NCBI GenBank assembly: GCA_964016885.1
Contig: OZ024765.1
Span: forward strand, 11,222,001-11,286,000
Direction of reading: 5' to 3'
Origin: Eledone cirrhosa
Taxonomy: Eukaryota
DNA: 64,000 bases
The position numbers and the translations under genes were made by a program. Shown here piece after piece: positions 26,273-39,748 of this stretch. The notes beneath the pieces were generated by a model. It made no database searches. It was not told where the DNA came from and saw only the letters and a program-made list of their open reading frames with translations. Position 1 is the stretch's first letter, and the number at the start of each line of letters is the position of its first letter.

Positions 26273-26521
26273 TTATTGAATGGGTTGTTTTACCCGTATA
26301 GAAAGCCGAATGATATGCTTAATTACATAAGTAAGCATTCCAACCATCCTGCCAGCATAACCAAGAACCTGGTAAGAAACGTTTCATTGAGGCTTTCCCG
26401 TCTTTCCACCAACGAGCGTATTTTCAACGACCATTCCACTTATTACAATGAAGCTCTTGCTCGAAGTGGATTTGTCGATAAGGTAGCATATACAGAGTAC
26501 GAATTAGACCTAGAAGAAATA
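26273..26521 (+). pseudogene. Penelope-like element reverse transcriptase C-terminal (thumb) fragment
   Basis: [28 protein letters not shown]...[12 protein letters not shown]....[11 protein letters not shown], the YRKP...S.HP...AL..SG signature of PLE proteins. Confidence 0.85.
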
Positions 26522-26896
26522 GACACCTACACGACCTCATTTGTTTCGGACTGGATGTTGAGGTACCAACATAACTTCACATTTAAGGGGGTGGTGTGGA
26601 TGGGGTGGGGGTAGTGGGACGGGGGACGGGGGTGTATTTTGTTAGAGGTGCCTACTGACTGTGGGTTTCGCTTTGTACTTAGGCAAGGCGGGTCTTCTGT
26701 ATGACTGTGTAGCGCCAAAGATCTCGGTCCAGTGACATTGTCTTGGAGAGGTGTAAGTGTGTGAGGTCGGAATTTATCAAGTCGTCCCAGGATTTTCTGG
26801 GTCTGCCTACTCCGTGGCTACCGTCTATTTTGATCGCCCTGCACTTTTTTATACAGCTGTCGTCTTTCATGTGCATCACGTGACCATACCAACGTA
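26522..26896 (-). pseudogene. RTE family 1 ORF end plus partial 3' UTR
   Basis: LRWYGHVMHM...GRPRKSWDDLINSDL...DRDLWR. Confidence 0.85.
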
Positions 26897-27356
26897 GTAT
26901 GTAATTAAATATGTACATAATGCAACACTGATTCTTTGTACCCTTATATATATATATATATGCATATATATATATACATACATGCATGCATATGGGCGTG
27001 CATGTGCAAATGTAGATAAGAATGCATGTTGCTGACATATGCTGCATTATATGTGCATCTATTTATGTAATGTGCATTCCTGCGCATAAGCTTGTGAATG
27101 CATTTTTGCGTAGGCGTGCATGTACATATGGAAGCGTACATGTATTTGCATATGTGCATGGGTGCATGCCTTTGTGTACGCATGCTGTTGCATGTGCAAA
27201 TGTGTGTGGTAGTTCATACTCAGTGGTGGTGCTATGACAAAATGCACCCGGTGAACTCAGTAGCATGCAGGAACTTAGATGCAGCTCTGATTGAGAACTA
27301 ACTGGGTCTCTCAAGACCCACAATGCTTGCTAACAGGGAAAAGGAGAGTTAAATTA

Positions 27357-27420
<64 letters not shown>

Positions 27421-27602
27421 GTATATATGTATATATATATATATGTATATATATATAAATGTATATATATGTATGTATGCATGCATCATCATCATTTAAT
27501 GTCCGTTTTCCCTGCTAGTATGTTATATATATATATATATATATCTATATATATTTATTTATATATATATAAACATGTATAAATACATATATACACATAA
27601 AA

Positions 27603-27633
<31 letters not shown>

Positions 27634-27644
27634 CATATATATAA

Positions 27645-27683
<39 letters not shown>

Positions 27684-27980
27684 TATATATATATACATAT
27701 ACATATACACATATATATGTATACATATATATATACACATATATATGTATATACATATATATATATACATATATATGTATATACATATATATATACACAC
27801 ACACACATATATATACACACACATATATATATACACACATATATATACAAACACATATATATATATATATATACACACATATATATATACACACATATAT
27901 ATACAAACATGTATATATATATATACTCATATATATATACACACACATCTACACAAACACACACACACACATCTACACAA

Positions 27981-28073
<93 letters not shown>

Positions 28074-28576
28074 GTATATATACCTATATATGTATGTGTA
28101 GTATGTACATATGTATATATATATATATATATGTGTGTGTGATATGCAGGTATGTGTGTGTGTATAAGAAAATCAAAGCTGACACAATGTGAAGCTTGGA
28201 GTAAAATAAAATCAATATGTTAGACAAGAATATAGAAATCAGTAGATTCCTGTATTTGTGTGGGTGGTGATCAATAGTGATTGAGTTGTTACTGGTATAT
28301 ATCTGTGTGGGTGGATGTGCGGGTGGTTGTGTGTATATATGTATATATATATATATATACATATAAATATATATACATACATGCATATGTATATATATAC
28401 ATATATGTGTGTGTGTAGAAATATATATACATGTATATTCATTTATAAATATTTATACACATACATACATATATTTATATGTATAAATATACTATATATT
28501 TATATGTATATATATTTATATATATATATATACACTATATATTTATATGTATATATATTTATATATATATATACAC

Positions 28577-28608
<32 letters not shown>

Positions 28609-28624
28609 CAAATATACTATATAT

Positions 28625-28698
<74 letters not shown>

Positions 28699-28745
28699 CA
28701 AATATACTATATATTTATATGTATATATATTTATATATATATATA

Positions 28746-28796
<51 letters not shown>

Positions 28797-28840
28797 TATA
28801 TATATATATGTATATATATTTATATATATATACTATATAT

Positions 28841-28873
<33 letters not shown>

Positions 28874-28960
28874 ATTATGCATATACAACCCATGCTAGTG
28901 TGGAAAATGGGCATTAAATGATGATACACACACACATATATATATATATATGTATATATT

Positions 28961-29009
<49 letters not shown>

Positions 29010-29119
29010 AGTATATGTATATATATTTAGAGAGAGAGAGAAAGAGAGAGATATATGGAGAGGGAGAGAGGGACTCTTGAGTATTAAGAATCTGACAGCT
29101 TAAGTGATATTAAGACATA

Positions 29120-29421
29120 GAGACTGACAGACAGACAGACAGACAGACAGACATACAGACATACAGACTGGCATACAGACTGAATGAGAGACTCACAGAC
29201 AGGCAGACAGACTGAGGAGCAGACTGACAGACAGACAGATAGACTAACAGACAGGCAGACAGACTGAGGAGCAGACTGACAGACAGACAGATAGACTAAC
29301 AGACAGGCAGACAGACTGAGGAGCAGACTGACAGACAGACAGATAGACTAACAGACAGGCAGACTGACTGAGGAGCAGACTGACTGACAGACAGATAGAC
29401 TGACAGACAGACAGGTAGACT

Positions 29422-29475
<54 letters not shown>

Positions 29476-29478
29476 GAG
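29120..29478. repeat. (GACA)n-based minisatellite
   Basis: Direct observation; higher-order units of about 50 bp. Confidence 0.85.
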
Positions 29479-29564
29479 AGGAAGTGACTAGTTGAAGTGA
29501 CATTTCACTTTCATGAAGAATTGGAAAGATACTGAAGGTTTGGTGAATGACTGGCAGTGTTTGA

Positions 29565-30617
29565 TGGTGTTGTTGTTGTTGTTGTTGTGGGACTGGTGGT
29601 GAGGGTGGTGGTGGTGGTGTTGTGGGACTGGTGGTGAGGGTGTTGTGGGACTGGTGGTGAGGGTGGTGGTGGTGGTGGTGTTGTTGTGGGAGTGGTGGTG
29701 AGGGTGGTGGTGGTGGTGTTGTGGGACTGGTGGTGGTGGTGTTGTTGTGGGACTGGTGGTGGTGGTGGTGGTGGTGGTGTTGTTGTGGGACTGGTGGTGA
29801 GGGTGGTGGTGGTGGTGGTGGTGTTGTGGGAGTGGTGGTGAGGGTGGTGGTGGTGGTGGTGGTGTTGTTGTGGGACTGGTGGTGAGGGTGGTGGTGGTGG
29901 TGGTGGTGTTGTTGTGGGACTGGTGGTGAGGGTGGTGGTGGTGGTGGTGGTGGTGGTGTTGTTGTTGTGGGACTGGTGGTGGTGGTGGTGGTGGTGTTGG
30001 TGTTGTTGTTGTGGGACTGGTGAGGGTGGTGGTGGTGTTGTTGTGGGACTGGTGGTGAGGGTGGTGGTGGTGGTGGTGTTGTTGTGGGACTGGTGGTGAG
30101 GGTGGTGGTGGTGGTGGTGTTGTGGGACTGGTGGTGAGGGTGGTGGTGGTGGTGTTGTTGTTGTGGGACTGTTGGTGGTGGTGGTGGTGGTGGTGTTGTT
30201 GTGGGACTGGTGGTGAGGGTGGTGGTGGAGATGGTTTTGATGATGGTGGTGGTGGTGGTGCAGCAGCAGTCATAGTAGTAGTTATAGCAGCAACAGTAGT
30301 AGTAGTAGCAGCAGCAGCAGCAGCAGTAGTAGCAGCAGCAGTAGCAGTAGCAGCAGTAGTAATAGTAGCAGCATTAGTAGTAGCAGTAGCAACAGTAGTA
30401 GCAGCAGTAGTAGCAGCAGCAGTAGTAGTAGTAGTAGCAACAGTAGTAGCAGCAGCAGTAGTAGTAGTAGTAGTAGTAGTAGTAGCAACAGTAGTAGCAG
30501 CAGTAGTAGTAGTAGTAGTAGTAGCAGTAGTAGTAGTAGTAGTAGTAGTAGTAGCAGTAGTAGTAGCAGTAGAAGCAGTAGTAGTAGCAGTAGTAGTAGC
30601 AGTAGAAGCAGTAGTAG
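29565..30617. repeat. (GGT)n/TGTGGGACT minisatellite followed by a (GTA/GCA)n tract
   Basis: Direct observation. Confidence 0.9.
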
Positions 30618-30729
30618 CACTATTTCTATCAGAGTGGCTGTTGTTGTTGTTGTTGTTATTCTCTCTCCTGTCTTCCAAAATCTAAAAGTTAGCAGGAAAT
30701 CTTTGGAAAATACCACTCCAGCTCCTCCA

Positions 30730-31610
30730 CAACACCACCACCACCACCACCACCACTACATCGTCCAACCATCCCATCAGTTTAGTCAACCACTACTACA
30801 CTACGACCAGAACCACTACACCACCACCACCACCACACCACCACAACAACAACCACCACCACCACCACCACTACTACACCATCCAACCATCCCATCAGTT
30901 TAGTCAACCACTACCACACTATGACCAGATCCACCACACCACCACACCACCACCACCACTCCCACCACCACAACCACCACCACCATCACCACAACACCAC
31001 CACAACCACCACTACACCATCCAACCATCCCATCAGTTTAGTCAACCACTACCACACTATGACCAGATCCACCACACCACCACACCACCACCACCACTCC
31101 CACCACCACCACCACCACCACCATCACCACAACACCATCACTACCACCACTACACCATCCAACCATCCCATCAGTTTAGTCAACCACTACCACACTACGA
31201 CCAGAACCAAAACACCATCACCACCACAACCATCACAACACTACCACCACCACCACCACCATCACAAACCATCTCAACACCACCACCACAACCATCTCAA
31301 CACCACCACAACCACAACCACCACCACCACCATCACCATCACTACCACCACCACCACAACCATCACTACCATCCCATCAGTTTAGTCAACCACTACCACA
31401 CTATGACCAGAACCAAAATACCATCACTACCACCACCACAACCATTTCAACACCACCATCACTACCACCACAACCACCACCATCACTACAACCACCACAA
31501 CCACCACCACCACCACAACCATCACAACACCACCACCACCACCACCACAACAACCATCACTACACCACCACAACCATCACTACACCATCCAACCATCCCA
31601 TCAGCTCAGT
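30730..31610. repeat. CAC-rich minisatellite with a CCATCCCATCAGTTTAGTCAACCACTAC core
   Basis: The core recurs about 6 times. Confidence 0.85.
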
Positions 31611-31784
31611 CAATAACATCACTTCTAAATCAACATGTTTTAAATTGTTTGAAGTGAAGCTGCACTTTAGAGATTTCACATAATTTGTAAGGGTAGTCAA
31701 ATACTACCCCCCCCCTATCTCTCTGTATGTGTATATGTATGTGTGTACGTGTGTGCATATGTACATATATATATATATATATAA

Positions 31785-31820
<36 letters not shown>

Positions 31821-32736
31821 GTGTATGTGTGTGTTAAATATATATATGTTATATATATGTATGTGTATATGTATATACATGTATGCATGTGTATGTATAT
31901 GCACGGGAACATAGAAATAATCAGGCTGGATACTCAATCACGCGGTTGAACTACTGGGAGTGAAGGACCCCTAGTGTTTGCCAGGGCATTCTTCTAGGAG
32001 AAGGTAACTCAGGAAATATATTTCACCAATTAATCGATTGGTAAACGACAGTAGCCAAATCCTGGATTTTAAACAAAGAACAAGAATGATCTTTACAGTA
32101 TATATACCTGCTTGTCATTGATCTGTAAAGATCATTCTTGCTAGTAAATCATGAAATAATTTATATATCTCATATATATTTTGTCTGAAGAAGGCATGCT
32201 CTGATTTATGGTTATGGCGCATGTCTCTCTGACATGGCACCCTTAATTTAATTTAAATTTTGGATATATATAAATACGGCCCCTTAATTGTAGAGCTAAC
32301 TCAGTTGAAAGGACTTGACTGCTATTTCTAATTGTCGATAACTCTATTCACGCCACTGGGATGAAGCTGGCACGATGGGTGTATTTGTATTAAATGCAAC
32401 AGTTAATAGTTAGTCACAGATTTGAATTTGATGTGTAAACACAGATAGTTAAGTGTTCTTCCTTGTTGAAAATCCAGGATTTGGCTACTGTCGTTTACCA
32501 ATCGATTAATTGGTGAAATATATTTCTTTAATGAAATATATACAAGGAAGATTAATCAATTCATAAGGTAGTTTTGAAGTTCTAGTTAAACTTTAATTAG
32601 TTGCCCACATAGCTGTGTGTGCTTACACACTTTTACAAATTATCCCCTGTGATTGTTTCATGTGTTTATTTTAGATATATATATATATATGTCAATCAAT
32701 TTCTAGTTGATATATATATATATATATGTATATATA

Positions 32737-33027
32737 TGTAGGAGGTGAGTTTTATTGTAGTACAATAAAGCAATGCAGATATCGGATAAGAAGCACTCTA
32801 CAGTTTGTAGGACTGGAGTATACATAATATAAGATCAAAAGATGGTTAAAGGAGTTCCATGTTGATTTAAAACTGCACTATCCACAAGTGCTTTTTAGCC
32901 TTCATATCATGTTCTCCTGTTTTATCTGATGAAAACACAAATATTATTGCATGATGATGTTTGTTTTTGAAATGCGCATAATAAAATACATGGAACTCCT
33001 TTAACCATCTTTTGATCTTATATTATA
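32737..33027. mobile_element. Family C element: inverted tail piece plus HHR-bearing arm (core 32926-32932)
   Basis: 32737-32860 is the reverse complement of about 9940-10065; 32858-33027 matches about 9809-9977. Confidence 0.8.
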
Positions 33028-33042
33028 TGTATATATATATAT

Positions 33043-33390
33043 ATTAATTCAAAATATTAACAAAATAGATATTTTTGTGATCAATTATATTTTATTATAC
33101 ATATTTCAGAGGTACTGAGTTAAGTTCAACAGTACGTCCTCATCAGATAAAATAAGATGTCAGGGTATGTCATGCATCATCTTATTTTATCTGATGAGGA
33201 CGTACTGTCGAACTTAACTCAGTACCTCTGAAATATGTATAATAAAATATAATTGATCACAAGAATATCTATTTTGTGAATATTTTGAATTAATATTTAT
33301 AACTCTGGAAAACCTTTACTGTTGAGTGCTTCCAATCTATTGTAAAACTCATTCTTTGATGTATTCATTGAACCTTGTTTAACTTTTAAA
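33043..33390. mobile_element. B-related fold-back element with two hammerheads (cores 33146-33140 minus, 33191-33197 plus)
   Basis: Arms of about 117 bp, spacer of about 18 nt; TATTTTAT/CTGATGA/GGA-C-GTACTG..CAGTAC-C-TCT/GAAA/TATGTATA/ATAAAATA. Confidence 0.85.
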
Positions 33391-33399
33391 TATATATAT

Positions 33400-33401
<2 letters not shown>

Positions 33402-33430
<29 letters not shown>

Positions 33431-33920
33431 GGTTTAGCGTCCGTGTTCCACGCTTGCATGGGTTTGGACGGGGGTTTTCCCACTTGAGGCAAGAGTGATT
33501 GTCTTGCTCGCATAGGACTGTCTGGCGGGTTTTCTACAGCTGGATGCCCTTCCTAACACCAACTACATTTACAGTGTGGGGCTGGGAGGTTTTTACCGTG
33601 TTGCCTACACGGCCACATTACGGCGTGGACTGTCTGGCGGGTTTTCTACAGCTGGATGCCCTTCCTAACACCAACCACATTTACAGTGTGGGGCTGGGAG
33701 GTTTTTACCGTGTTGCCTACACGGCCACATTACAGCGTAGACTGTGTGTTTTTTTTGTCGTGACACCTACACGATCTCATTTGTTTCGGCCTGGATGTTG
33801 TGGCACCAACATAAGTTTACATTGAAAGGGGCGGTGTGGATGGGGTGGGGGTGGTGGGACGGGGGTGTATTTTGTTAGAGATGCCTACTGACTGTAGTAG
33901 GTTTTACTTTGTATTTAGGT
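33402..33920 (-). mobile_element. RTE family 1 complete 3' UTR with the 112-bp segment duplicated
   Basis: Homologous to 34732-35115. Confidence 0.8.
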
Positions 33921-33974
33921 ATATATATATTTAGGTATATATATATATGTATATATATGTATAGGAGTGAAGTT

Positions 33975-34290
33975 GCATGGCTTTGTGGTTAAGGTATTCA
34001 CCTCACAATTGTAAGGTTGTGAGTTTGATTCCAGGTGGTGCGTTGTGTCCTTCAGCAAGACACTTTATTTCATGTTGCTCCAGTCTATTCAGCCGGCAAA
34101 AATAATTTGTAACTGTAGTTCGAAGAACCAGCCTTGTGACACACTGTGTCACACTGAATCTCCCTGAGAACTACATAAAGGGTACACATGTCTGTGGAAT
34201 GCACAGCTAATTGCACATTAATTTCATGAGAAGGCTGTTCAGTTGAACAGATCAACTGGAACACTTGATGTCATAATCGACGGAGCGCCT
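33975..34290 (+). mobile_element. Older tRNA-headed SINE (CORE-like centre, different 3' part)
   Basis: TGGCTTTGTGG A box, GAGTTTGATTCC B box, TGTCCTTCAGCAAGACACTTTATTTCA. Confidence 0.65.
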
Positions 34291-34731
34291 TCATACATAG
34301 GAGATGAATAGGGTTGGGGGTATCTCTCATTTATTACCAAGTGTGAAAAGCTCAGCTTAATGTATTTATCACTTATGGAAAGAAGACAGAGCATAACATT
34401 GCCTGCTATATTTGGGAGATGCATGCCCCAAATCTAATATTGATTACCTGAAGAGATCTTGTGATATGTGATTTCAATTCTTTATTGATTAGATTGATTA
34501 ATTAATTAATCTGAAAATCATTATTTATATTTTGCTATTGTATTTTATTAAAATTTAAACAAACATTAAAATTTAGAAAAACTGTCTTCTTTGGAAATTT
34601 AGAAAAAGTGTTTTCTTTGGTTTTTCATTGGGTCGTCAAGTTTGAAATTTGTAGAAATTCATAGAAAAAAATATGCCTTACACATTTCATACTTGACAAC
34701 CCAATGCATATATTATATATATATATATATA

Positions 34732-35389
34732 TCATCATCATCATCATTTAAGGTCCATCTTCCACGTAAGCATGGGTTTGGACGGGAATTTTCCCACTTG
34801 GGGTAAGATTGGTTGTCTTGCTCTTATAGGACTATCTGACTTTCTACGGCTGGATGCCCTTCCTAACACCAACCACGTTTACAGTGTGAACTGGGATTTT
34901 TTTCCGTGTTACCTACACGGCCACATTACAGCGTGGACTGTGTTTTCTTTTTTGTCTTGACACCTACACGACCTCATTTATTTAGGACTGGATGTTGTGG
35001 CACTAACATAACTTTACATTGAAAGGGGGTGGTGTGGATGGGGTGGGGGTAGTGGGACGGGGGGGTGTATTTTTGCTAGAGGTGCCTACTGACTGTAGGT
35101 TTCGCTTTGCACTTAGGCAAGGCGGGTCTTCTGTATTACTGCGTAGCGCCAAAGATCTCGGTCCAGTGACATTGTCTTGGAGAGGTGTAAGTGTGTGAGG
35201 TCGGAATTTATCAAGTCGTCCCAGGTTTTTCTGGGCCTGCCTACTCCGTGGCTACCGTCTATTTTGATCGCCCTGCACTTTTTTTATACATCTGTCGTCT
35301 TTCATGCGCATCACGTGACCATACCAACGTAGCCTTCTCTTGAGTAAACAACATCTGATCCTTCTTATTCCTAATTTCTCACTTAGTTC
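34732..35389 (-). mobile_element. 5'-truncated RTE LINE family 1 (ORF end 35389-35113, 3' UTR, (GAT)n tail)
   Basis: EKLGIRRIRCCLLKRRLRWYGHVMRMKDDRC...GRPRKTW...DRDLWR* is contiguous with the UTR found throughout the window. Confidence 0.9.
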
Positions 35390-35841
35390 AATATATATAT
35401 ATATAAATGAATGCTGTCTCTGATTGAGATGAAGTGAGATTGAAGAGAGATTGAAGACATATAAAAATGAGAAAACTCATCACAAGAACAGTCGTTAGAA
35501 CAGCTAGCACTTGGTTGTTTTAATGGCTGTTCTAGCGAAGAGTTTTCTCCTTTTTATATGTACTCAATATATATGGAGGCACATGGCTTAGTGGTTAGAG
35601 CATTAGCCTTGCAATCGAAAGGTTGTGAGTTCAATTCTCAGACCGGGTGATGTGTTGTTTCCTTGAGCAAGACACAGTGTATTACTGGTACTTTATTTTA
35701 TCGACCCCGTAAGAATGAAAGACGAAGTTAACCTCGGCGGGATTTGAACTCAGAATGGTAAGGGCCATAACTCTATGCGTCAAAGCATGGTGTCGGACCC
35801 TCTACCGATACTGCCAATCCACCAACCTTTATATATATAAT

Positions 35842-36215
35842 ATAATGAAAATTATTGTGTACAGTGCTCAGGTGCACAATGAATCAACAAAGGCGCATGT
35901 ATAGTACATAGAATTATGTATGGATGTCAGGAGAGTGAACAATGAATGAGTCATGATATATACACAGACATATATCAGGTGTAATGTTGGCAAATTTCGG
36001 GAAGCTTGGAAGCTTTGAAGGATGCAGTGTCCCAACAGCGAACAACTGGTGGAGGTAGTTTGTTCCATGCTGTGGAAACTCTGAGCATGAAAAAAATGTT
36101 TCTGAAAGTCATGGGAGCTGTACTGTTTTCTCATTTTGTAAGCAAATCCATGGGTCTTAGACACATAAAATTCAAAAAGGTGCTCAGGGTTGTTGTTAAT
36201 GAAGCATCCGATGAT
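35842..36215 (-). mobile_element. CR1-like LINE 3' end
   Basis: THGFAYKMRKQ...KHFF then, after a frameshift, LRVSTAWNKLPPPVV...FK; UTR ends in (ATT)n. UTR copies at about 41740-41860, 43830-44072 and 48866-48935. Confidence 0.7.
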
Positions 36216-36439
36216 GTTGACCAGTTCTCCTTTTCGGGTAGTGTTTTTGATGCTCAGAGAGTGGGATTGGTCGAGTGCAAGGCCTTTCTCCGCTTAAAAA
36301 ACCTTCAAAGCACAGACATTGCTTGCTCAGGATATGTTACAGGTTTGTGTGGCTGACCATAGCCTAAAAGTGCACCAAACTCTATAATCTGACAAGCGAT
36401 TGCAATACTCTTAGCAGAGTATGCAGCCATCATGTATGT

Positions 36440-36725
36440 ATGTATGTATGTATGCCTTGAGTGTGGAAAGATTTGCTTAAGCAAATCTGGTTTCAAGAGC
36501 CACAGTCGCAGCCATGTTCAAAGAGAACCAGTGAACTATGATCTCCATGGTATTGCGAAGGTTCACAGACAACCTGATGCAAGACCTGAGGCCAGGGAGG
36601 TCCATAGTTGTCGTCAATGTGAGGAATGCCCGACTCTAGCAGGCTTGAAAAGCCATATCCGAGCGTCACACATCTGAATCTAACAAGTGATTGCAATTCT
36701 CTTTGCAGAGTTTTCAGCCATCTTG
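36440..36725 (+). pseudogene. LINE ORF C-terminal C2H2-like zinc fingers plus short 3' end, followed by (TATG)n
   Basis: CLECGKICLSKSGFKSHSRSH and CRQC...LAGLKSHIRASH*. No TGEKP linker; resembles RTE/BovB-type termini. Confidence 0.5.
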
Positions 36726-36889
36726 TATGTATGCACATATGTATGTATATGAGTATCTATATATAAATATGTATGTGTGTAAGGTATGTATGTGTGTATG
36801 TTTGTATATAGGTATATATGCATATATGAATGCATGCATGTATATGTATGTATATCTGTATGTCTATTTGTCAGTCTATCTGAATATAT

Positions 36890-36915
36890 GTATGAATCTG
36901 AGTAAGGTATGTATG

Positions 36916-36956
<41 letters not shown>

Positions 36957-37650
36957 ATTTGTCTCTCTATATGTATATGTAAGTAATGTATGTATGTATG
37001 TGTATTTGTCTATATATATATATGTGAGTAAGGTATGTATATATGTATGTGTATTTTGTCTGTCTATATATATGTAAGGTATATATATATATATATGTGT
37101 ATTTGTCTGTCTATATATATGTAAGTAACGTATGTATGTATGTATGTGTATTTGTCTATATATATATATATGTGAGTAAGGTACATATATATGTATGTGT
37201 ATGTCTGTCTATATATATGTAAGTAACGTATGTATGTATATATGTGTATTTGTCTATATATATATATATATGTGAGTAAGGTACATATATATGTATGTGT
37301 ATTTGTCAGTCTATATATATGTAAGGTATATAGATATATATATGTGTATTTGTCTGTGTATATATTTATATGTGAGTAAGGTACATATATATATATATAT
37401 ATGTGTATTTGTCTGTCTATATATATGTAAGGTATATAGATATATATATGTGTATTTGTCTGTGTATATATATATAAGTGAGTAAGGTACATATATATAT
37501 ATATGTGTATTTGTCTGTCTATATATATATGTAAGGTATGTAGATATATATATGTGTATTTGTCTGTGTATATATATATAAGTGAGTAAGGTACATATAT
37601 ATATATATGTGTATTTGTCTGTCTATATATATATGTAAGGTATGTATATA
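36890..37650. repeat. Compound minisatellite (GTAAGGTA / TGTGTATTTGTCTGTCTA)
   Basis: Direct observation. Confidence 0.85.
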
Positions 37651-37732
37651 TGATGAAAGGTTGTTGTCTCTCTAAATATATTAAGTAAATCTCCAAGACA
37701 AGATCTTTAAATCACATTGTACACTGCAATGG

Positions 37733-38338
37733 CTTCATGAAATAGAATATATGATGGACAAACTTATTTTCTACAGTCCTTACATACACACATATATACA
37801 CATACATTATACATGCATATATATATATATACACACATATATATATACATGTATGTACATATGTACATATACATATATATCTTCATGAAATAGAATATAT
37901 GATGGACAAACTTATTTTCTACAGGCCTTACATACATACATATATACACATACATTATACATGCATATATATATATATATATACACACACATATATATAC
38001 ATGTATGTACATATGTACATATACATATATATCTTCATGAAATAGAATATATGATGGACAAACTTATTTTCTACAAGCCTTACATACACACATATATACA
38101 CATATATTATACATGCATATATATATATACACACATATATATATACATATATATATACATATATATATACACACATATATATATACATATATATATACAC
38201 ACATATATACATACAAGTGTATGTACATATGTACATATACATATATATCTTCATGAAATAGAATATATATGATGGACAAACTTATTTTCTACAGACCTTA
38301 TGTACACACATACACACATGTATACAGACATTATACAT

Positions 38339-38340
<2 letters not shown>
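37733..38340. repeat. Tandem repeat, four units of about 150-215 bp (CTTCATGAAATAGAATATATGATGGACAAACTTATTTTCTACAG)
   Basis: Units start near 37733, 37881, 38033 and 38248. Confidence 0.9.
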
Positions 38341-38380
<40 letters not shown>

Positions 38381-38603
38381 GCATGTGTGTATATATGTAC
38401 ATATGTATGTGTATGTATATATATATATATATCATCATCATTATATAGATGCACACACACACACGTGTGTGTATGTATGTATCTATGTATGTGTGTATAT
38501 ATATATGTGTGTGTATGTATATATATATATATATATATATATAAAGAGAGAGAAAGAGAGAGAGGAAAAATCCCATCCTCAGTGCCGTATGTGTATATAC
38601 GAG

Positions 38604-39114
38604 AAAAAACACACAGTCCACGCTGTAATGTGGCCGTGTAGGTAGCACGGTAAAAACCTCCCAGTCCACACTGTAAACGTGGTTGGTGTTAGGAAGGGCA
38701 TCCAGCCGTAGAAAACCTGCCAGACATGTAGGTGTCACGACAAAAAAACACACAGTCCACACTGTAATGTGGCCGTGTAGGTAGCATGGTAAAAACCTCC
38801 CAGTCCACACTGTAAACGTGGTTGGCGTTAGGAAGGGCACCCAGCCGTAGGAAACCCGCCAGACGTGTAGGTGTCAGGACAAAAAAAACGCACAGTCCAC
38901 GCTGTAATGTGGCCGTGTAGGTAACACGGTAAAAACCTCCCAGTCCACACTGTAAACGTGGTTGGTGTTAGGAAGGGCATCCAGCCGTAGAAAACCTGCC
39001 AGACAGTCCTATACGAGCAGGACAACCAATCTTGCCTCAAGTGGGAAAACTCCCGTCCAAACCCATGCAAGCGTGGAAGATGGACGTTAAACAATGATGA
39101 TGATGATGATGATG
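38604..39114 (+). mobile_element. RTE family 1 3' UTR with three tandem units of about 141 bp
   Basis: Repeated CAGTCCACGCTGTAATGTGGCC...AGGAAGGGCATCC block; (GAT)n tail. Confidence 0.85.
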
Positions 39115-39702
39115 ACATAAATATATATATATACCCACCTTTTCATCATTAGTACATATATTAACAGCTGAATTTGCTGATCTGTAAGTTCAATCACTAC
39201 ATTAGGAACCAGTGAGAACGAATTGGAAAATATTCAGGGAGCTAGCTACTATGTCAGTTGGCTACAAAGGGTTTCCTTTGCAGTGTTAAAGACATATTCT
39301 ATGATGTTTTGTATAAACTACAATGTTGAATGACAGGGAGACCTTCGGCCTTCAGCACAGATGATATATATATAGATTGGGATAAAAAGAAAAAAAAAAT
39401 GAAGTAAACGTGCCTTGAGAGATGTGTAATAGCAGTGTACATGAACGATGAAGCATCAATGCTCTGAGAAAAAAGCTGAGAATGTGTATATATGTGCGTG
39501 TTAGTGTATACATGCGTGCATGGGTTGAATGTATGTGTATATATCATCATCATCATCATCATCATTTAACGTCCAACCCATGCAAGGATGGAGAAAAGGA
39601 TGTAAAACAATGATGGTGATATTTGTACATACACACACACACACACATGTACATATATATAAACACACAAAAACAGACACATATACACACATATAAACAT
39701 GC

Positions 39703-39748
<46 letters not shown>

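Noticed and set aside
29488-30716. 396-aa Thr/His/Pro-rich ORF
   Set aside because: Pure triplet-repeat sequence open in several frames; no domain or splice support.
36432-36677. Host C2H2 zinc-finger gene exon
   Set aside because: No TGEKP linkers or finger array; ends in a repeated terminus with a microsatellite tail, more like a LINE C-terminus.
37733-38300. Repeated TTATTTTCTACAG splice acceptors
   Set aside because: Part of a tandem repeat and followed by microsatellite rather than exon-like sequence.
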